Positions 62,968-64,000 of a stretch of DNA of 64,000 nt are shown in pieces. The notes beneath the pieces are model-generated. The model did not search any database. It saw only the letters and a list, made by a program, of their open reading frames with translations, and had not been told where the DNA came from. The DNA lies in NCBI RefSeq assembly GCF_006345805.1, contig NC_042998.1:204972001-205036000 (forward strand), written 5' to 3'. Made by a program: the position numbers and the translations under genes. The number at the start of each line of letters is the position of its first letter. The stretch's first letter is position 1. Origin of the DNA: Octopus sinensis (taxonomy: Eukaryota).

Positions 62968-64000
62968 GCATAATTAATCATAGCAATGGTTTTCTTTTTT
63001 CAAAATTTCAATTCCTCCAAGATGGTAAGCTGGCAGAACCATTGCCATGCTGGACAGAATGTTCTGTGGATTTCGTACGTCTTTATGTTCTGACAATGGC
63101 ATCTAATGTATACACACTGCAGAAATGCAGACTGCAGCTCCCCCTATTTCCACTCAATATTTTCGATAACATTCAATATAATCAGTCCCTTTTTCCTTAA
63201 TTCTTTCTTTATACTTGTACATTATACAATCCTTAAGCTCAATGTCAGGAACCATCACCTAGATTATGAAAAAAATACAAAAATCCTTGTATAGAACTGT
63301 GCACTTCACAGTTCCAGCGACGCGGTGTTTGGCTGTTGTGCACATGCTCACATGTCCAAGATAGGAAGCTTCACACTAGGGAGAGAGAGCACTGCATGAA
63401 TGACAGTATTGGGTGAAAAGTAGTGTTTCTTTTTGACTTTGTATGTGTTGTGCTTAAAAACATGTTTATATTCTTGAATGTGATAAAGCGTAGAATTAGA
63501 TTATTATCCTGCTTCCAGCTTCAGTGTTGCTGCCAGGATGTGAAAAATAGGGCAGATTTTCACCCCTTATTTTGTGCTTTGGGGGTGATTTTGAAAAACA
63601 AGGGGGAATTCGCACCAGTGTTCAGTGAACAAATTAAACACACTACCTGGCAGTGGCTAAAACACAAAGCAAGCAGGTTTATGTTTAAGTTTTCTATTTA
63701 TATGTTTGTGTCATTTTATACAATATTAAAACAACTACAAATTTTCTGAAGCTGCAACCTCACCACTAATTTTATCTATGAGCTGCCATTGGGTTCTGAT
63801 ATCAAATTCCACTGAAGTCGACTTTGCATTTCATCCTTCCAGGGTCGATGAAATAAGTACCATTTGCATGCTTACCCAAAATTACCCAAAATTCCAGGCC
63901 TTGTGACTAGATTACAAAGGAATATTCTAATTCATTCCACACACTCATTTATAAAACTGTATATCTTATTTACTGAATTCTCAGTGAATACGGTGCAGTT

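Overview
AT-rich, repeat-dense animal genomic DNA. It is most likely octopus or another coleoid cephalopod, inferred from the tRNA-derived SINE families and microsatellite load, not from a database match. One protein-coding gene can be fully reconstructed by hand: galactokinase (GALK1) on the minus strand, with 7 coding exons (43576-43409, 35967-35790, 34851-34596, 32083-31902, 28408-28258, 22235-22073, 18779-18708). All introns are GT-AG with consistent phases, giving 1170 nt = 389 aa + stop. The protein carries [28 protein letters not shown] and [11 protein letters not shown]. The rest is mostly mobile-element debris: R4/Dong-like RLE LINE pieces in (TAA)n tracts, CR1 and RTE fragments, several SINE families, piggyBac MITEs, GG-ended MITEs with 8-bp TSDs, Helitron-like elements, and mariner, Penelope and Gypsy remnants. 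Most listed ORFs are microsatellite or TE artefacts. No rRNA, tRNA gene or CRISPR array is supported. The most unusual observations are: (1) a ~73-bp tandem array packed with NF-kB-like and STAT-like motifs ~5 kb upstream of GALK1; (2) four copies of a hammerhead-ribozyme-like motif in a Penelope-type terminal repeat; (3) two GG-ended MITE families sharing a CCATA-starting 8-bp TSD, one carrying (TTAGGG)3; (4) a TAA-targeted retroelement plus a non-coding partner element forming arrays; (5) a mirrored multi-element inverted cassette flanking the gene. All functional interpretations are untested.
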